The notes beneath the pieces are model-generated. The model made no database searches. It was not told the origin of the DNA and was given only the letters and a program-made list of their open reading frames with translations. The position numbers were made by a program, and so were the translations under genes. Shown piece by piece: positions 28,144 to 36,629 of a stretch of DNA of 44,480 nucleotides. This DNA is from Acidimicrobiia bacterium. Its GTDB lineage: Bacteria > Actinomycetota > Acidimicrobiia > Spongiisociales > JAENVV01. The stretch lies in contig JBFKPQ010000003.1 in assembly GCA_041628225.1 (NCBI GenBank), positions 1 to 44,480 on the forward strand. Reading direction: 5' to 3'. Numbering within the stretch: position 1 is the stretch's first letter; the number at the start of each line of letters is the position of its first letter.

Positions 28144-28932
28144 CTACGCTTCGTCCCGGCCGTGGCGGCGGCGGAACTCCCGTCCCAACTCCCGGTAGGC
28201 GATGGCTCCGCGGCTCATCGGATCAAACGCTTCAATGGGCTCACCGTACGAAGGTGCCTCAGAGAGACGCACCGACCTCGGGATGACCGTCCGATACGTC
28301 CGATCACCGAAGTAGTCGCGCACCTGGCCCGCTACGTCGGCCGACAGCTTGGTACGGGCATCGTACATCGTAAGGATGACCCCTCCGACCTCGAGTTCGG
28401 GATTCAGGTTTGCGTGGACCAGCTCGACGTTCCTCAGCAGCTGGCTGAGGCCCTCGAGGGCGTAGTACTCGCACTGGATGGGGATGAGTACCTCGTCGGC
28501 GGCCGCCAAGGCGTTGATCGTGAGGAGCCCGAGCGACGGCGGGCAATCGACGAGAACGAAATCATATTCGCCCTCCACCGCCTTCAGCGCGCTCTTCAGT
28601 CGCTGCTCGCGGCTGAACACGGAGACCAGTTCGATTTCGGCGCCTGCCAGGTCGATCGTCGCCGGCAACACATGCAGGTCGCGTACGCTGGTGGGTTCGA
28701 TCACATCTTCGATCGGCGCATCCTGCAGAAGGACGTCGTACACCGATTGATCGACTCCGGAACGGTCGATTCCCAGTCCTGACGTGGCATTTCCCTGCGG
28801 GTCCAAGTCGATGAGAAGGATCCGTTCACCCTGAAACGCCAATGCAGCTGCCAAGTTGATAGAGGTTGTGGACTTGCCGACGCCGCCCTTCTGGTTGGCG
28901 AGGGCCACGATCCAACTCTTGCGATCACTCAC
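28144..28932 (-). CDS. parA: chromosome partitioning ATPase ParA/Soj
   Basis: It has the deviant Walker A NQKGGVGKSTT. I place the start at GTG 28932, overlapping the rsmG stop (GTGA). The tracked ATG at 28956 is the alternative. Confidence 0.93.
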   Translation of the reverse strand: MSDRKSWIVALANQKGGVGKSTTSINLAAALAFQGERILLIDLDPQGNATSGLGIDRSGVDQSVYDVLLQDAPIEDVIEPTSVRDLHVLPATIDLAGAEIELVSVFSREQRLKSALKAVEGEYDFVLVDCPPSLGLLTINALAAADEVLIPIQCEYYALEGLSQLLRNVELVHANLNPELEVGGVILTMYDARTKLSADVAGQVRDYFGDRTYRTVIPRSVRLSEAPSYGEPIEAFDPMSRGAIAYRELGREFRRRHGRDEA

Positions 28933-29540
28933 GTCTGGTCCATGATAAGCAGCCAAGCGGGCGGGTCAAGCATCTCGACGACTTCGATCCGCGCGTCGAG
29001 ACCTGCGGCCGACGCCACATCGACGATGGAAGGGTCCGGCGGTTGAGATCTGCTCAGCGCAACGACAGCCCGGCCCCCGGATGACAGGTGGTCGGCGGCG
29101 AAGGCCACCGCACGAGGCGGAGGAAACACCGCCCTCATGACCATCGCATCGAGGGCGAGATCGATGTGATCGACATCGGTCTGCAGAATCCGAAGATTGT
29201 CGAGTTCGAGCATTCTCGAGATCCTCCGCAGGAGCCTCGTCCTACGACCCGACCGATCGACGAGTTCCACGGCCGTGCTTGGCCAGATGATGGCCAACAC
29301 CAGACCGGGCAGCCCCGCGCCGGTCCCGATGTCCGTCAGGTTCGCCGGGGCGGTGTCCCACGCCGTGGCAAACGCCAAGGAGTCCAAAATGTGGCGGTTC
29401 CACACGTCTTCCGACGGACCGATGGCGCCTGCCGCGACGCCCTCGGTCTCCAGCCAGGTCGCGAATCGACTGAGCTGGTCGAAAGCACTCTCGCGAATCG
29501 GACCACCGATGATCTGGGTGAGGTCGGCGCGCTGTGACAC
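28929..29540 (-). CDS. rsmG: 16S rRNA (guanine527-N7)-methyltransferase
   Basis: It has the SAM motif DIGTGAGLPGLVLAI and the conserved gidB position. GTG start. Confidence 0.92.
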   Translation of the reverse strand: MSQRADLTQIIGGPIRESAFDQLSRFATWLETEGVAAGAIGPSEDVWNRHILDSLAFATAWDTAPANLTDIGTGAGLPGLVLAIIWPSTAVELVDRSGRRTRLLRRISRMLELDNLRILQTDVDHIDLALDAMVMRAVFPPPRAVAFAADHLSSGGRAVVALSRSQPPDPSIVDVASAAGLDARIEVVEMLDPPAWLLIMDQT

Positions 29541-29557
29541 AGGAGCAGTGTAGGGAT

Positions 29558-29573
29558 CGTTTCACGTGAAACG
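29558..29573. promoter_or_regulatory. parS centromere site
   Basis: cGTTTCACGTGAAACg is a perfect 16-bp palindrome. The central 14 positions match the parS consensus tGTTTCACGTGAAACa exactly. Confidence 0.85.
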
Positions 29574-29583
29574 CGACGCATGC

Positions 29584-29599
29584 TGTTCCACGTGAAACG
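29584..29599. promoter_or_regulatory. second parS site (one core mismatch)
   Basis: TGTTCCACGTGAAACG matches the parS consensus at 14 of 16 positions. It lies 26 bp from the first site. Confidence 0.72.
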
Positions 29600-29620
29600 G
29601 GACCCTCTCGGGTCCCGTTT
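29595..29620 (-). terminator. hairpin downstream of jag (possible terminator) overlapping parS-2
   Basis: AAACGGGACC(C)-TCTC-(G)GGTCCCGTTT forms a 10-11 bp stem with A/T runs on both sides. Confidence 0.45.
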
Positions 29621-29646
29621 CTCTCTGACTCACGCCCTTCGTCGGC

Positions 29647-30489
29647 TCACTCGGGTGAGATGACCACGCTCCGACGGGGCTCCTCGCCTTCCGAATACGA
29701 GCGGACCCCGTCGAGCTCGGCGATGGCGTCGTGGATGACCTTGCGATCCGCCGAATTCATGGGCTCCAGCATGATCTCGGCGCCTTCATCTTTGACCTGA
29801 TCCGCCAGCCGCCCCGCGTAGATGGCGAGGGCCTCCCGACGTCGCTCTCCGTAGCCTGCGATGTCCAGACGGAGGCGCACATTGTCTCGTGTCTGTCGCT
29901 GTACGACCGTACGGCTCAGTTCGAGCACGGACTGCATGATCACGGCTTTCTGACCGACCAGTGCCTCGGTCTGCTGACCGTCGACGGTGGCGATCACGAT
30001 GTCTTCATCGGCCTTGACGTTGACATCTCCCTCGAGCCCAAATGCATCCAGCAGGCCGACGAGGAAGTCCTTGACCACGACGGCTTGTTCTTCTCGGTTC
30101 ACAGGCTGCTCCTCTTGCTTGGGCCGCTCCTGCTTGGGAGCATCGGATTGACGCGGCTGGCGTGACTTCTTGTCGCCGCCTTGCGATCTCTGACGGCCGT
30201 TCTGCTGTCGACCGGCGTTCTGGCGGCTGCCAGGCTGGCCTCGGTCCTGTGAGCCTCCCTGCTGCGGCTGGTCGCCGCCCTTGCCGCCCCGCCGGCGGCG
30301 GCGCTTCTTACCCGCCGGCCTCGGCTTGACCTGGACAACGGCATCTCTACCACCGAAGCCGAGAAAGCCCTTTTCCGGCTCTTGAATGACCTTGATCTCG
30401 GCTTTCTCGGTCGAATCGAGACCGAGTTCTTCAAGCGCAGCGGCAACCGCCACATCGACGGAGCGCCCGCGCACCTCTACCCATTCCAC
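29647..30489 (-). CDS. jag: Jag/KhpB RNA-binding protein (Jag_N, KH, R3H)
   Basis: The N-terminus is MEWVEVRGRSVD.AVAAALEELG. A long R/Q/G/K-rich linker follows, then a C-terminal R3H-type region (MNSADRKVIHDAI). It sits downstream of yidC. Confidence 0.88.
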   Translation of the reverse strand: MEWVEVRGRSVDVAVAAALEELGLDSTEKAEIKVIQEPEKGFLGFGGRDAVVQVKPRPAGKKRRRRRGGKGGDQPQQGGSQDRGQPGSRQNAGRQQNGRQRSQGGDKKSRQPRQSDAPKQERPKQEEQPVNREEQAVVVKDFLVGLLDAFGLEGDVNVKADEDIVIATVDGQQTEALVGQKAVIMQSVLELSRTVVQRQTRDNVRLRLDIAGYGERRREALAIYAGRLADQVKDEGAEIMLEPMNSADRKVIHDAIAELDGVRSYSEGEEPRRSVVISPE

Positions 30490-30491
30490 TG

Positions 30492-31310
30492 CTATCTCCT
30501 CCTGCGCCGGTTGCGCTTCTTGGCGGAACCCTGCGGCTTCTTGGGCGCCGCCGGGGTGTCGGTCGCAGGTTTCGCCTCTGTGGCCGACGGGGGAGTGGGC
30601 CGCCCGTCGATCTTGTAGATGACTGCCTGCTGTCCAAATCGGAACAGGTTCGATGTTGCCCAGTACACGATGAGGCCGGCCTGGAACTGCACCGCGATGA
30701 CGCCGAAAATGACCGGCATGAACTTCGTGACGTTCTGCATGGTCTGGGCCTGCGGGTTGGATGTGTCCTGACCTATCTGCGCCTGGACCTGCTGGAAGTA
30801 CTGAGCACCGATCATGATGAGAATCGCAAGGGCGTAGGGGAGCACGGCCAAGAACCCGCGGCCCCAGGCCTGTATCGGGGTCTCGACGAGGTCCATACCC
30901 AAGAAGCCGGTTCGACCGGCGGCGATGGCATTTGCCAGTGCGGAGCCGTCGGGCATGAACTGTTCGGGTTCACGCAGCATCCGGAACAACGCAAACCAGA
31001 TGGGCATCTGCACCAACATCGGTCCCAGACAGCCGCCCGGAGTGGCCCCGGTCTCCCGCTGGACCTTGACGAGTTCCTTCTGCATGGTCTGCGGGTCGTC
31101 CTTGTACTTCGCCTGCAATTCGCGGATTTGCGGCTGGATCGCAGCGAAAGCGCGACTGGCGCGAGTCTGCTTCAACGTGAGAGGAAACAGGATGATGTTG
31201 ATGAGCAACGTCAACAGAATGACCGAAATGCCAATATTTGGCACGAACTCGTAGAAGAAGGCGAGGGCAGCCGCCAGAGGTGCGGCGATTGCTTCCAAGA
31301 TGGCATTCAT
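30492..31310 (-). CDS. yidC: membrane protein insertase YidC
   Basis: It is a multi-TM protein with a basic C-terminal tail (KKRNRRRRR) in the conserved position. Confidence 0.92.
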   Translation of the reverse strand: MNAILEAIAAPLAAALAFFYEFVPNIGISVILLTLLINIILFPLTLKQTRASRAFAAIQPQIRELQAKYKDDPQTMQKELVKVQRETGATPGGCLGPMLVQMPIWFALFRMLREPEQFMPDGSALANAIAAGRTGFLGMDLVETPIQAWGRGFLAVLPYALAILIMIGAQYFQQVQAQIGQDTSNPQAQTMQNVTKFMPVIFGVIAVQFQAGLIVYWATSNLFRFGQQAVIYKIDGRPTPPSATEAKPATDTPAAPKKPQGSAKKRNRRRRR

Positions 31311-31567
31311 CGGGCTTCTTCCTTTTCTGGTACGGGGTCATAACCGCCGTCGACGAAGGGGTGACAGCGGGCGATGCGCTTGGCGCCGAGGGAGATCCCT
31401 CGTAGGACGCCGAATCGGCCGATCGCCTCGTATGCGTAGCGGGAGCAGGTGGGCTGGTAACGGCAGTTCTTCCCCAAGAGCGGAGATACCAAATATTGGT
31501 AAACGCGGATCAAACGCTGCGCGACGCGTGCCGACCACGTCGGGCGTGGTTCAACGGCGAGCATCAT
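31307..31567 (-). CDS. yidD: membrane protein insertion efficiency factor YidD
   Basis: It has the motif [15 protein letters not shown]. Its stop overlaps the yidC ATG (ATGA). Confidence 0.9.
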   Translation of the reverse strand: MMLAVEPRPTWSARVAQRLIRVYQYLVSPLLGKNCRYQPTCSRYAYEAIGRFGVLRGISLGAKRIARCHPFVDGGYDPVPEKEEAR

Positions 31568-31898
31568 CGCACACCTCTTCGATCCATCCGACGACCTGCG
31601 AATACGGCACAGTTACGACCTCGGGCGAGGCAACGAAGATGATGTCCGCCTGCGGGAGGGCCACGCCGCGCACCGCCTCGCGTAGCCGGCGCTTGGCACG
31701 GTTCCGCGCCACGGCCGAGCCAACCCGTCGGCCGGCGACGAAGCCGACCGAGGGCTGGATGGCAGCGGGGGAAGCAGCGATCATGAGGACACCGCCGGCA
31801 CGATGGCGCCGGCCGGTGCGATACACACGGTCGAATGCTGAGCGGCCACGGAGCGCTGGCCGCCGTTCAGGCAGCGAGTCGCGAGCGGCCTTTGGCAC
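31551..31898 (-). CDS. rnpA: ribonuclease P protein component
   Basis: It is a basic protein (...[16 protein letters not shown]..., [13 protein letters not shown]). The only canonical in-frame start is GTG 31898, which lies 32 nt inside rpmH, so the start is uncertain. Confidence 0.82.
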   Translation of the reverse strand: MPKAARDSLPERRPALRGRSAFDRVYRTGRRHRAGGVLMIAASPAAIQPSVGFVAGRRVGSAVARNRAKRRLREAVRGVALPQADIIFVASPEVVTVPYSQVVGWIEEVCDDARR

Positions 31899-32001
31899 GA
31901 CGCCGCTTCAACACGGCACGCCCGGCGCGGGTACGCATCTTGTTTCGGAATCCGTGTTTCCGCTTGCGGCGGCGCACGTTGGGCTGGTAGGTCCGTTTCA
32001 T
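31867..32001 (-). CDS. rpmH: 50S ribosomal protein L34
   Basis: It is not in the ORF track because it is under 60 aa. My hand translation gives [44 protein letters not shown], 44 aa ending in TGA. Confidence 0.95.
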   Translation of the reverse strand: MKRTYQPNVRRRKRKHGFRNKMRTRAGRAVLKRRRAKGRSRLAA

Positions 32002-32383
32002 GGGGAAACTCCTGCGAGGCGAGGTACCAAGGAGGTTACGGAATCGTTCACAACCTTGTCAAAGGCCAGACCGGCATCGAGGGGCTCACGGCAACTCGTT
32101 GTGACAGCAAAGCCGCGAAGAATTCTCCTAGGCCGCGAAAAGTGGCGTGTGGGTCGATCGACCCAGTAGCCGTTTCGTGTCGCGAAATCCAAGCTTCCGA
32201 GCGGCCGCTTGACCAGGCATTTCGCGACTTCGCGACCAGCCTTGCACCCGATTACCGCGCGATTTGCCGCTCTTGAAGCGTTCGAAACCGCCGTCCTACA
32301 CTCGGCGAGCCGCTGAACCACAGCATCTCACTTCCTCGAAGCAGAGGTTTGGCGCGTCCGCCTCGAGCATGGTGCTCGAGCAG

Positions 32384-32416
32384 ATGTCCACATCGTGTGG
32401 ATATCTCTGTGGACAG
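32384..32416. promoter_or_regulatory. three DnaA boxes in the dnaA promoter / 5' region
   Basis: The boxes are ATGTCCACA (32384-32392, +), ATATCCACA (32396-32404, -) and CTGTCCACA (32408-32416, -). They are spaced 12 bp apart. Confidence 0.7.
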
Positions 32417-32439
32417 TTAACAGCACAGGAGGGACCGGG

Positions 32440-33813
32440 TTGTCACAGACGACCACAACGGATTGGGATGTATTCCGAGACACCGTTCGATCGAAGGTTT
32501 CTCCCGTCACCTGGCAGACCTGGCTCGCCGCACTCGAGGACGCCGGATCCGACGATTCGACCGTTCGGCTCTCGGCTCCCAGCGAATTCCACCTCCGATG
32601 GGTCATGGACAAGCACGTCGATGTCCTGCGCGATTCGGCGCGGCGCGTCTATGGCGAGACCACCGAGATCAGCATCAGCGCCGCCGAGCCCGAACACCGG
32701 GACTGGCCGCACGATGAGGAACCTGTCGAAGAGACTCCGATCCCGCCGCCCGTCGTCCCCCGGGCCGAGCAACCAGCTTCCAAGAGCAGCCGGCTGCTGG
32801 CTCGCTACACCTTCGACCACTTCGTCGTTGGCCCGTCGAATCGGTTTGCGCACGCCGCGGCCATGGCGGTGGCAGAGCAACCAGGACTGCACTACAACCC
32901 CTTGTTCATCTACGGGGCGGCTGGGCTCGGCAAGACCCATCTGCTGAACGCCGTTGGCCATCATGCGCTCGAACTGAATCCGACGTACGTCGTTCGGTAT
33001 GTGTCCTCGGAGAACTTCTTCAACGAGTTCATCGACGGCATCCGCCGCAAGCGGATGGACGAGTTCAAGGACCGGTATCGAACCATCGACGTGCTGTTGC
33101 TCGATGATGTGCAGTTCTTCGAAGGCAAGGAACAGATCCTCGAGGAGTTCTTCCACACGTTCAACAGCCTGTACGAGTCCGGCAAGCAGATGGTCATCAG
33201 TTCGGACCGTCACCCCCGCAACCTCGCGTCGCTCGAAGATCGACTCCGGTCCCGGTTCGAATGGGGTCTCCTCACCGACATCCAGGCACCCGATGTCGAA
33301 ACCCGGCTCGCCATTCTTCGCAAGAACACCGAGGGCACGCCCCATGAGTTTCCTCTCGACGTGCTGGAGTTCATCGCGCATCACGTCGAGGACAACATCC
33401 GAGAGTTGGAGGGAGCGCTCACTCGCGTCACCGCGTACGCCACGCTCCACCGGGAGACGATCGACCTCACGATGGCCCAAGACGTCCTGCAGGACCTCGT
33501 CCCGACCGCCGCCGTTCGACCCGTCACCCCGAGCGACATCCTGCTCACGACCGCCGCTTCGTTCGGTTTCTCCACCGACGAAGTCTGCGGTCCGTCCCGA
33601 CGAGCGCCGCTCGTGCGCGCTCGCCAGGTCGGCATGTACCTGGTCCGTGAACACACCGACCTCTCCCTGCCGAAGATCGGCAACCTGTTCGGAGGACGCG
33701 ATCACACCACCGTGATGCACGCCATCGAGAAGGTCAAAGGCCTCATGAGGACCGATCACGAGGTCTTCGATCAGGTGACGGCTCTGTCCCAAAACCTGAG
33801 GACAACCGCCTGA
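32440..33813 (+). CDS. dnaA: chromosomal replication initiator protein DnaA
   Basis: It has Walker A GAAGLGKTHLL, Walker B VLLLDDVQF and domain IV ...DHTTVMHA. I place the start at TTG 32440, 6 nt after AGGAGGG. The tracked GTG at 32395 sits inside the DnaA-box cluster. Confidence 0.94.
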   Translation: MSQTTTTDWDVFRDTVRSKVSPVTWQTWLAALEDAGSDDSTVRLSAPSEFHLRWVMDKHVDVLRDSARRVYGETTEISISAAEPEHRDWPHDEEPVEETPIPPPVVPRAEQPASKSSRLLARYTFDHFVVGPSNRFAHAAAMAVAEQPGLHYNPLFIYGAAGLGKTHLLNAVGHHALELNPTYVVRYVSSENFFNEFIDGIRRKRMDEFKDRYRTIDVLLLDDVQFFEGKEQILEEFFHTFNSLYESGKQMVISSDRHPRNLASLEDRLRSRFEWGLLTDIQAPDVETRLAILRKNTEGTPHEFPLDVLEFIAHHVEDNIRELEGALTRVTAYATLHRETIDLTMAQDVLQDLVPTAAVRPVTPSDILLTTAASFGFSTDEVCGPSRRAPLVRARQVGMYLVREHTDLSLPKIGNLFGGRDHTTVMHAIEKVKGLMRTDHEVFDQVTALSQNLRTTA

Positions 33814-33990
33814 TGATCCACACGCTCTCCACACCGTCCCGGAGGGGGCGGTGGACAACCTCGACGCCCTCCACAGGCACTGTGGATTCCGATCTGCTCC
33901 TGACCAGGGGTTTTGTGGAGTTGTCCACGATCCACAGTGCCTACTACTCCTACTACCGTTTGCATTAAGAAAGACAGAAGAAGAAGGGTT
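33814..33990. other. oriC (dnaA-dnaN intergenic origin of replication)
   Basis: Eight TCCAC-core DnaA boxes lie in 123 bp: 33814-22, 33825-33, 33850-58(-), 33867-75, 33881-89(-), 33914-22(-), 33921-29 and 33928-36. They are followed by a (CTA)n tract and the AT-rich TTGCATTAAGAAAGACAGAAGAAGAAG. This is the usual actinobacterial origin location. Confidence 0.8.
33941..33955 (-). repeat. DnaA-trio-like trinucleotide repeat
   Basis: The plus strand reads CTA CTA CTC CTA CTA, so the minus strand reads TAG TAG GAG TAG TAG (3'-GAT-5' repeats). It is separated from the last DnaA box by GTGC. Confidence 0.5.
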
Positions 33991-33999
33991 GGCTGTCCT

Positions 34000-35088
34000 G
34001 TGCGTATCCGAGCTGAACGAGACGATCTAGCGGATGTCTTCTCCCGCGCCAACCGTGGCGTCGGGTTGCGTTCCGCTCTTCCCATTCTGACCGGCGTCCT
34101 CTGTGAGGTCACCGGTAGCACGCTGCAGGTCACGGGCACCGATCTGGAGATCACCGTCCGAACCACGACCGAGGTCGAGGTGATGGACGAGGGGAGTGTG
34201 GTGATCCCTGCCAAGATCGTCTCGGAGGCCATCAAGAAGATGCCGGAGGGAGCCGTCACGCTGTCGTCGGCAGACGGTGAGATCGAGATCTCCGGGCGAG
34301 GCCCAAAGTTCAGCCTGCGCGAGCTCCCGGTGGACGAGTTTCCTCAGTTGCCAGAAGTCAGCCTCGAAGGGGCGTCGAATGTCGATGGCGACGAACTGGC
34401 CGGCGCAGTTGCCCAGGTGACGATCGCCGCTTCCACCGACGCGGCGCGGCCGATCCTCACCGGCGTGCTGATCGAACACGACGACGACGGACTGCGCCTG
34501 GTAGCCACCGATTCGTACCGGCTGGCGGTCCGCTCGCTTCCGGGGGTCGAGATCGGTGGTTCGGGATTGATACCGGCTCGGGGTCTGCGCGAGTTGGCGC
34601 GCACGATCGGGTCCTCGAAGGTCCAGGTGGCCATTCCGGGTCGGGAAGCGAAGTTCGCCTCGGATCGCGGCAGTCTCACCCTGCGCATGATCGAAGGCAC
34701 GTTCCCGAACTACCGCCAGTTGTTGCCTGATTCGTACCCGAACACGATGGTGCTCTCGAAGGCCTCGCTGTTGGAGGCCCTCGGACGCGCGTCACTGGTG
34801 GCCGAAGACCACATCCCGGTGCGGTTGAAGCTGGCCGAGGGCGGCGTCGAGGTCACGGTGATTCGGCAGGACGTCGGTGGAGAAGTCGAGCACATCTCCG
34901 GGACCTATTCCGGTGAGACCGATGAAGTGCTCATCGCCTTCAACCCTCGCTATCTCACGGACGGTGTGTCGGCCATCGATGCCGACGAGATCGAGATCCA
35001 CGTGGTCGACGGTCTGAAGCCGAGCGTGATTCGAGGCGTCGGCAAGCCCGAGTTCACCTACTTGCTGATGCCTGTTCGCGTGGCGTGA
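34000..35088 (+). CDS. dnaN: DNA polymerase III beta sliding clamp
   Basis: I place the start at GTG 34000 (VRIRAERDDLADVF...), typical of DnaN N-termini. At 362 aa it is slightly short for DnaN. The rest of the tracked ORF upstream covers oriC. Confidence 0.92.
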   Translation: MRIRAERDDLADVFSRANRGVGLRSALPILTGVLCEVTGSTLQVTGTDLEITVRTTTEVEVMDEGSVVIPAKIVSEAIKKMPEGAVTLSSADGEIEISGRGPKFSLRELPVDEFPQLPEVSLEGASNVDGDELAGAVAQVTIAASTDAARPILTGVLIEHDDDGLRLVATDSYRLAVRSLPGVEIGGSGLIPARGLRELARTIGSSKVQVAIPGREAKFASDRGSLTLRMIEGTFPNYRQLLPDSYPNTMVLSKASLLEALGRASLVAEDHIPVRLKLAEGGVEVTVIRQDVGGEVEHISGTYSGETDEVLIAFNPRYLTDGVSAIDADEIEIHVVDGLKPSVIRGVGKPEFTYLLMPVRVA

Positions 35089-36182
35089 ACCTCGACTGGC
35101 TCGATCTCACCGGATTCCGGTCGTATGACGAGATCCGGTTCGAGCCGAACCGAGATGTCAACGTGCTCGTCGGCGCGAATGGGGCCGGCAAGACCAATCT
35201 CCTCGAGGCGATCGCCTATCTCGGCTCCCTGAAGAGTTTCCGGAGTGTCCCCGACACGGCCCTCGTAGCCACCGATGCCGAGGCCGCCATCGTGCGCGGT
35301 GAGGTCTCGAGCGGCGACCGGACGTCGCTCATCGAGATCGAGCTGCCGGTCTCGGGACGGCGCCGGGTCCAGGTGAACCGGCAGCGGCTGGGTCGTTCCG
35401 CCGACATGCTCGGTCACCTGCGGATCGTGGTGTTCCTGCCAGACGACCTCGACATCGTCAAACGCGGACCGGCGTTGCGGCGAGCTTTCTTCGATGATCT
35501 CGCCGTGCAGCTCTGGCCGGCCTCCTACCTCGATCAGCAGGAGTTCGAAAAGATCCTCCGCCAGCGCAACTCGCTGCTGAGGATGCACGGCCGAGATGCC
35601 GACACCACGACGTTGACGGTCTGGAACGAGAGATTGTCACAGGCGGGCGCAAAGGTGATGGACCGGCGGGCGCGAGCGAGCGCCGCCCTGTCCCACGGAG
35701 TGAGCCGTGCGTACCGTCATCTGTCTGGATCCGCCACCGAGGTGCATGTCGACTATGCGTCGACATGGGGTGCGCAACTGGACCCGAGCGTTTCCATCAG
35801 CGAACGGGAGGCGCGACTGTGGGCGGCGTTGGAGGCATCGGATCGCGAAGACCGAGATCGTCGGGTCACGACGCGCGGTCCGCACCGCGACGAGCCCGTG
35901 CTGTACCTCGATGCCCGGCCGGCTCGCACGCACGCCAGCCAAGGAGAGCAGCGGTCCCTCGTGTTGTCGATGCGGTTGGCCGCCCACCAGGCGATCGCCG
36001 ACGCGGCCGGCGAAGCACCCGTACTCGTCCTCGACGACGTGTTCTCAGAACTCGACATGGACCGCGCTCAGGCTCTCGCCGCGGCGCTCCCCGTTGCCCA
36101 GACGTACATCTCCACCGCCCGCTTCGAAGAGGTCCCGGTGGCGGGTCATCGGTGGGAGATATCGGAGGGGAAGATCCGATGA
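35085..36182 (+). CDS. recF: DNA replication/repair protein RecF
   Basis: It has Walker A GANGAGKTNLLEAI. The GTG start overlaps the dnaN stop (GTGA). Confidence 0.95.
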   Translation: MNLDWLDLTGFRSYDEIRFEPNRDVNVLVGANGAGKTNLLEAIAYLGSLKSFRSVPDTALVATDAEAAIVRGEVSSGDRTSLIEIELPVSGRRRVQVNRQRLGRSADMLGHLRIVVFLPDDLDIVKRGPALRRAFFDDLAVQLWPASYLDQQEFEKILRQRNSLLRMHGRDADTTTLTVWNERLSQAGAKVMDRRARASAALSHGVSRAYRHLSGSATEVHVDYASTWGAQLDPSVSISEREARLWAALEASDREDRDRRVTTRGPHRDEPVLYLDARPARTHASQGEQRSLVLSMRLAAHQAIADAAGEAPVLVLDDVFSELDMDRAQALAAALPVAQTYISTARFEEVPVAGHRWEISEGKIR

Positions 36183-36472
36183 ACGACCTCGAGGGCATCG
36201 GCGGACCGCTCAGGCACGCTCTGCGACGTCTGGGACTCACCGACGTCGAGCAGTTCCTGCGCCTCGCGAACCACTGGGACGAGGTGGCCGGACCGCCCTG
36301 GGCCGGGGCGACACAGCCGCTCATGTTGCAGGATGGACAGCTGATCGTGGAAGCGGCTCAATTGGCCGCGGTCCGGATGTTGCGATACGCCACGGGCGAT
36401 CTGCAGCGCCGCCTCGACGACTTCCTGGGCGTTGGCGAGGTCAAAACCATCCGAGTGATCGGCCCTGCCTGA
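36179..36472 (+). CDS. dciA: DUF721 / DciA-like protein (Rv0004 position)
   Basis: 97 aa. The ATG at 36179 overlaps the recF stop (ATGA). The gene holds the conserved recF-gyrB position of DUF721. Confidence 0.78.
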   Translation: MNDLEGIGGPLRHALRRLGLTDVEQFLRLANHWDEVAGPPWAGATQPLMLQDGQLIVEAAQLAAVRMLRYATGDLQRRLDDFLGVGEVKTIRVIGPA

Positions 36473-36629
36473 AAAGCCCGAGAAATCAGCGTATTCGAGG
36501 GACCTCGAGGCCTCGATGGGCTTGGGGTAAACCCGGTCTGCGGCTAAACTTACAGGCATGTAAGAACGCTCCGGTACCGCACGCGCCGACCGTGTCGCCG
36601 TCGAGCACCGTTCTGAACGAAGGAGCCTC

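Noticed and set aside
31998-32321. A 107-aa minus-strand ORF in the rpmH-dnaA intergenic region.
   Set aside because: Its first codon coincides with the second codon of rpmH, so the ORF is the in-frame upstream read-through of the rpmH frame into the dnaA promoter region. It has no RBS, no motif and atypical composition. This spacer is non-coding in related ori regions.
36473-36629. An inverted repeat CTTACA-N4-TGTAAG and other short hairpins in the dciA-gyrB spacer, considered as a specific regulatory element.
   Set aside because: The arms are only 6 bp and the repeat occurs once. The region is more simply the gyrB promoter and leader. The evidence is not enough to call it.
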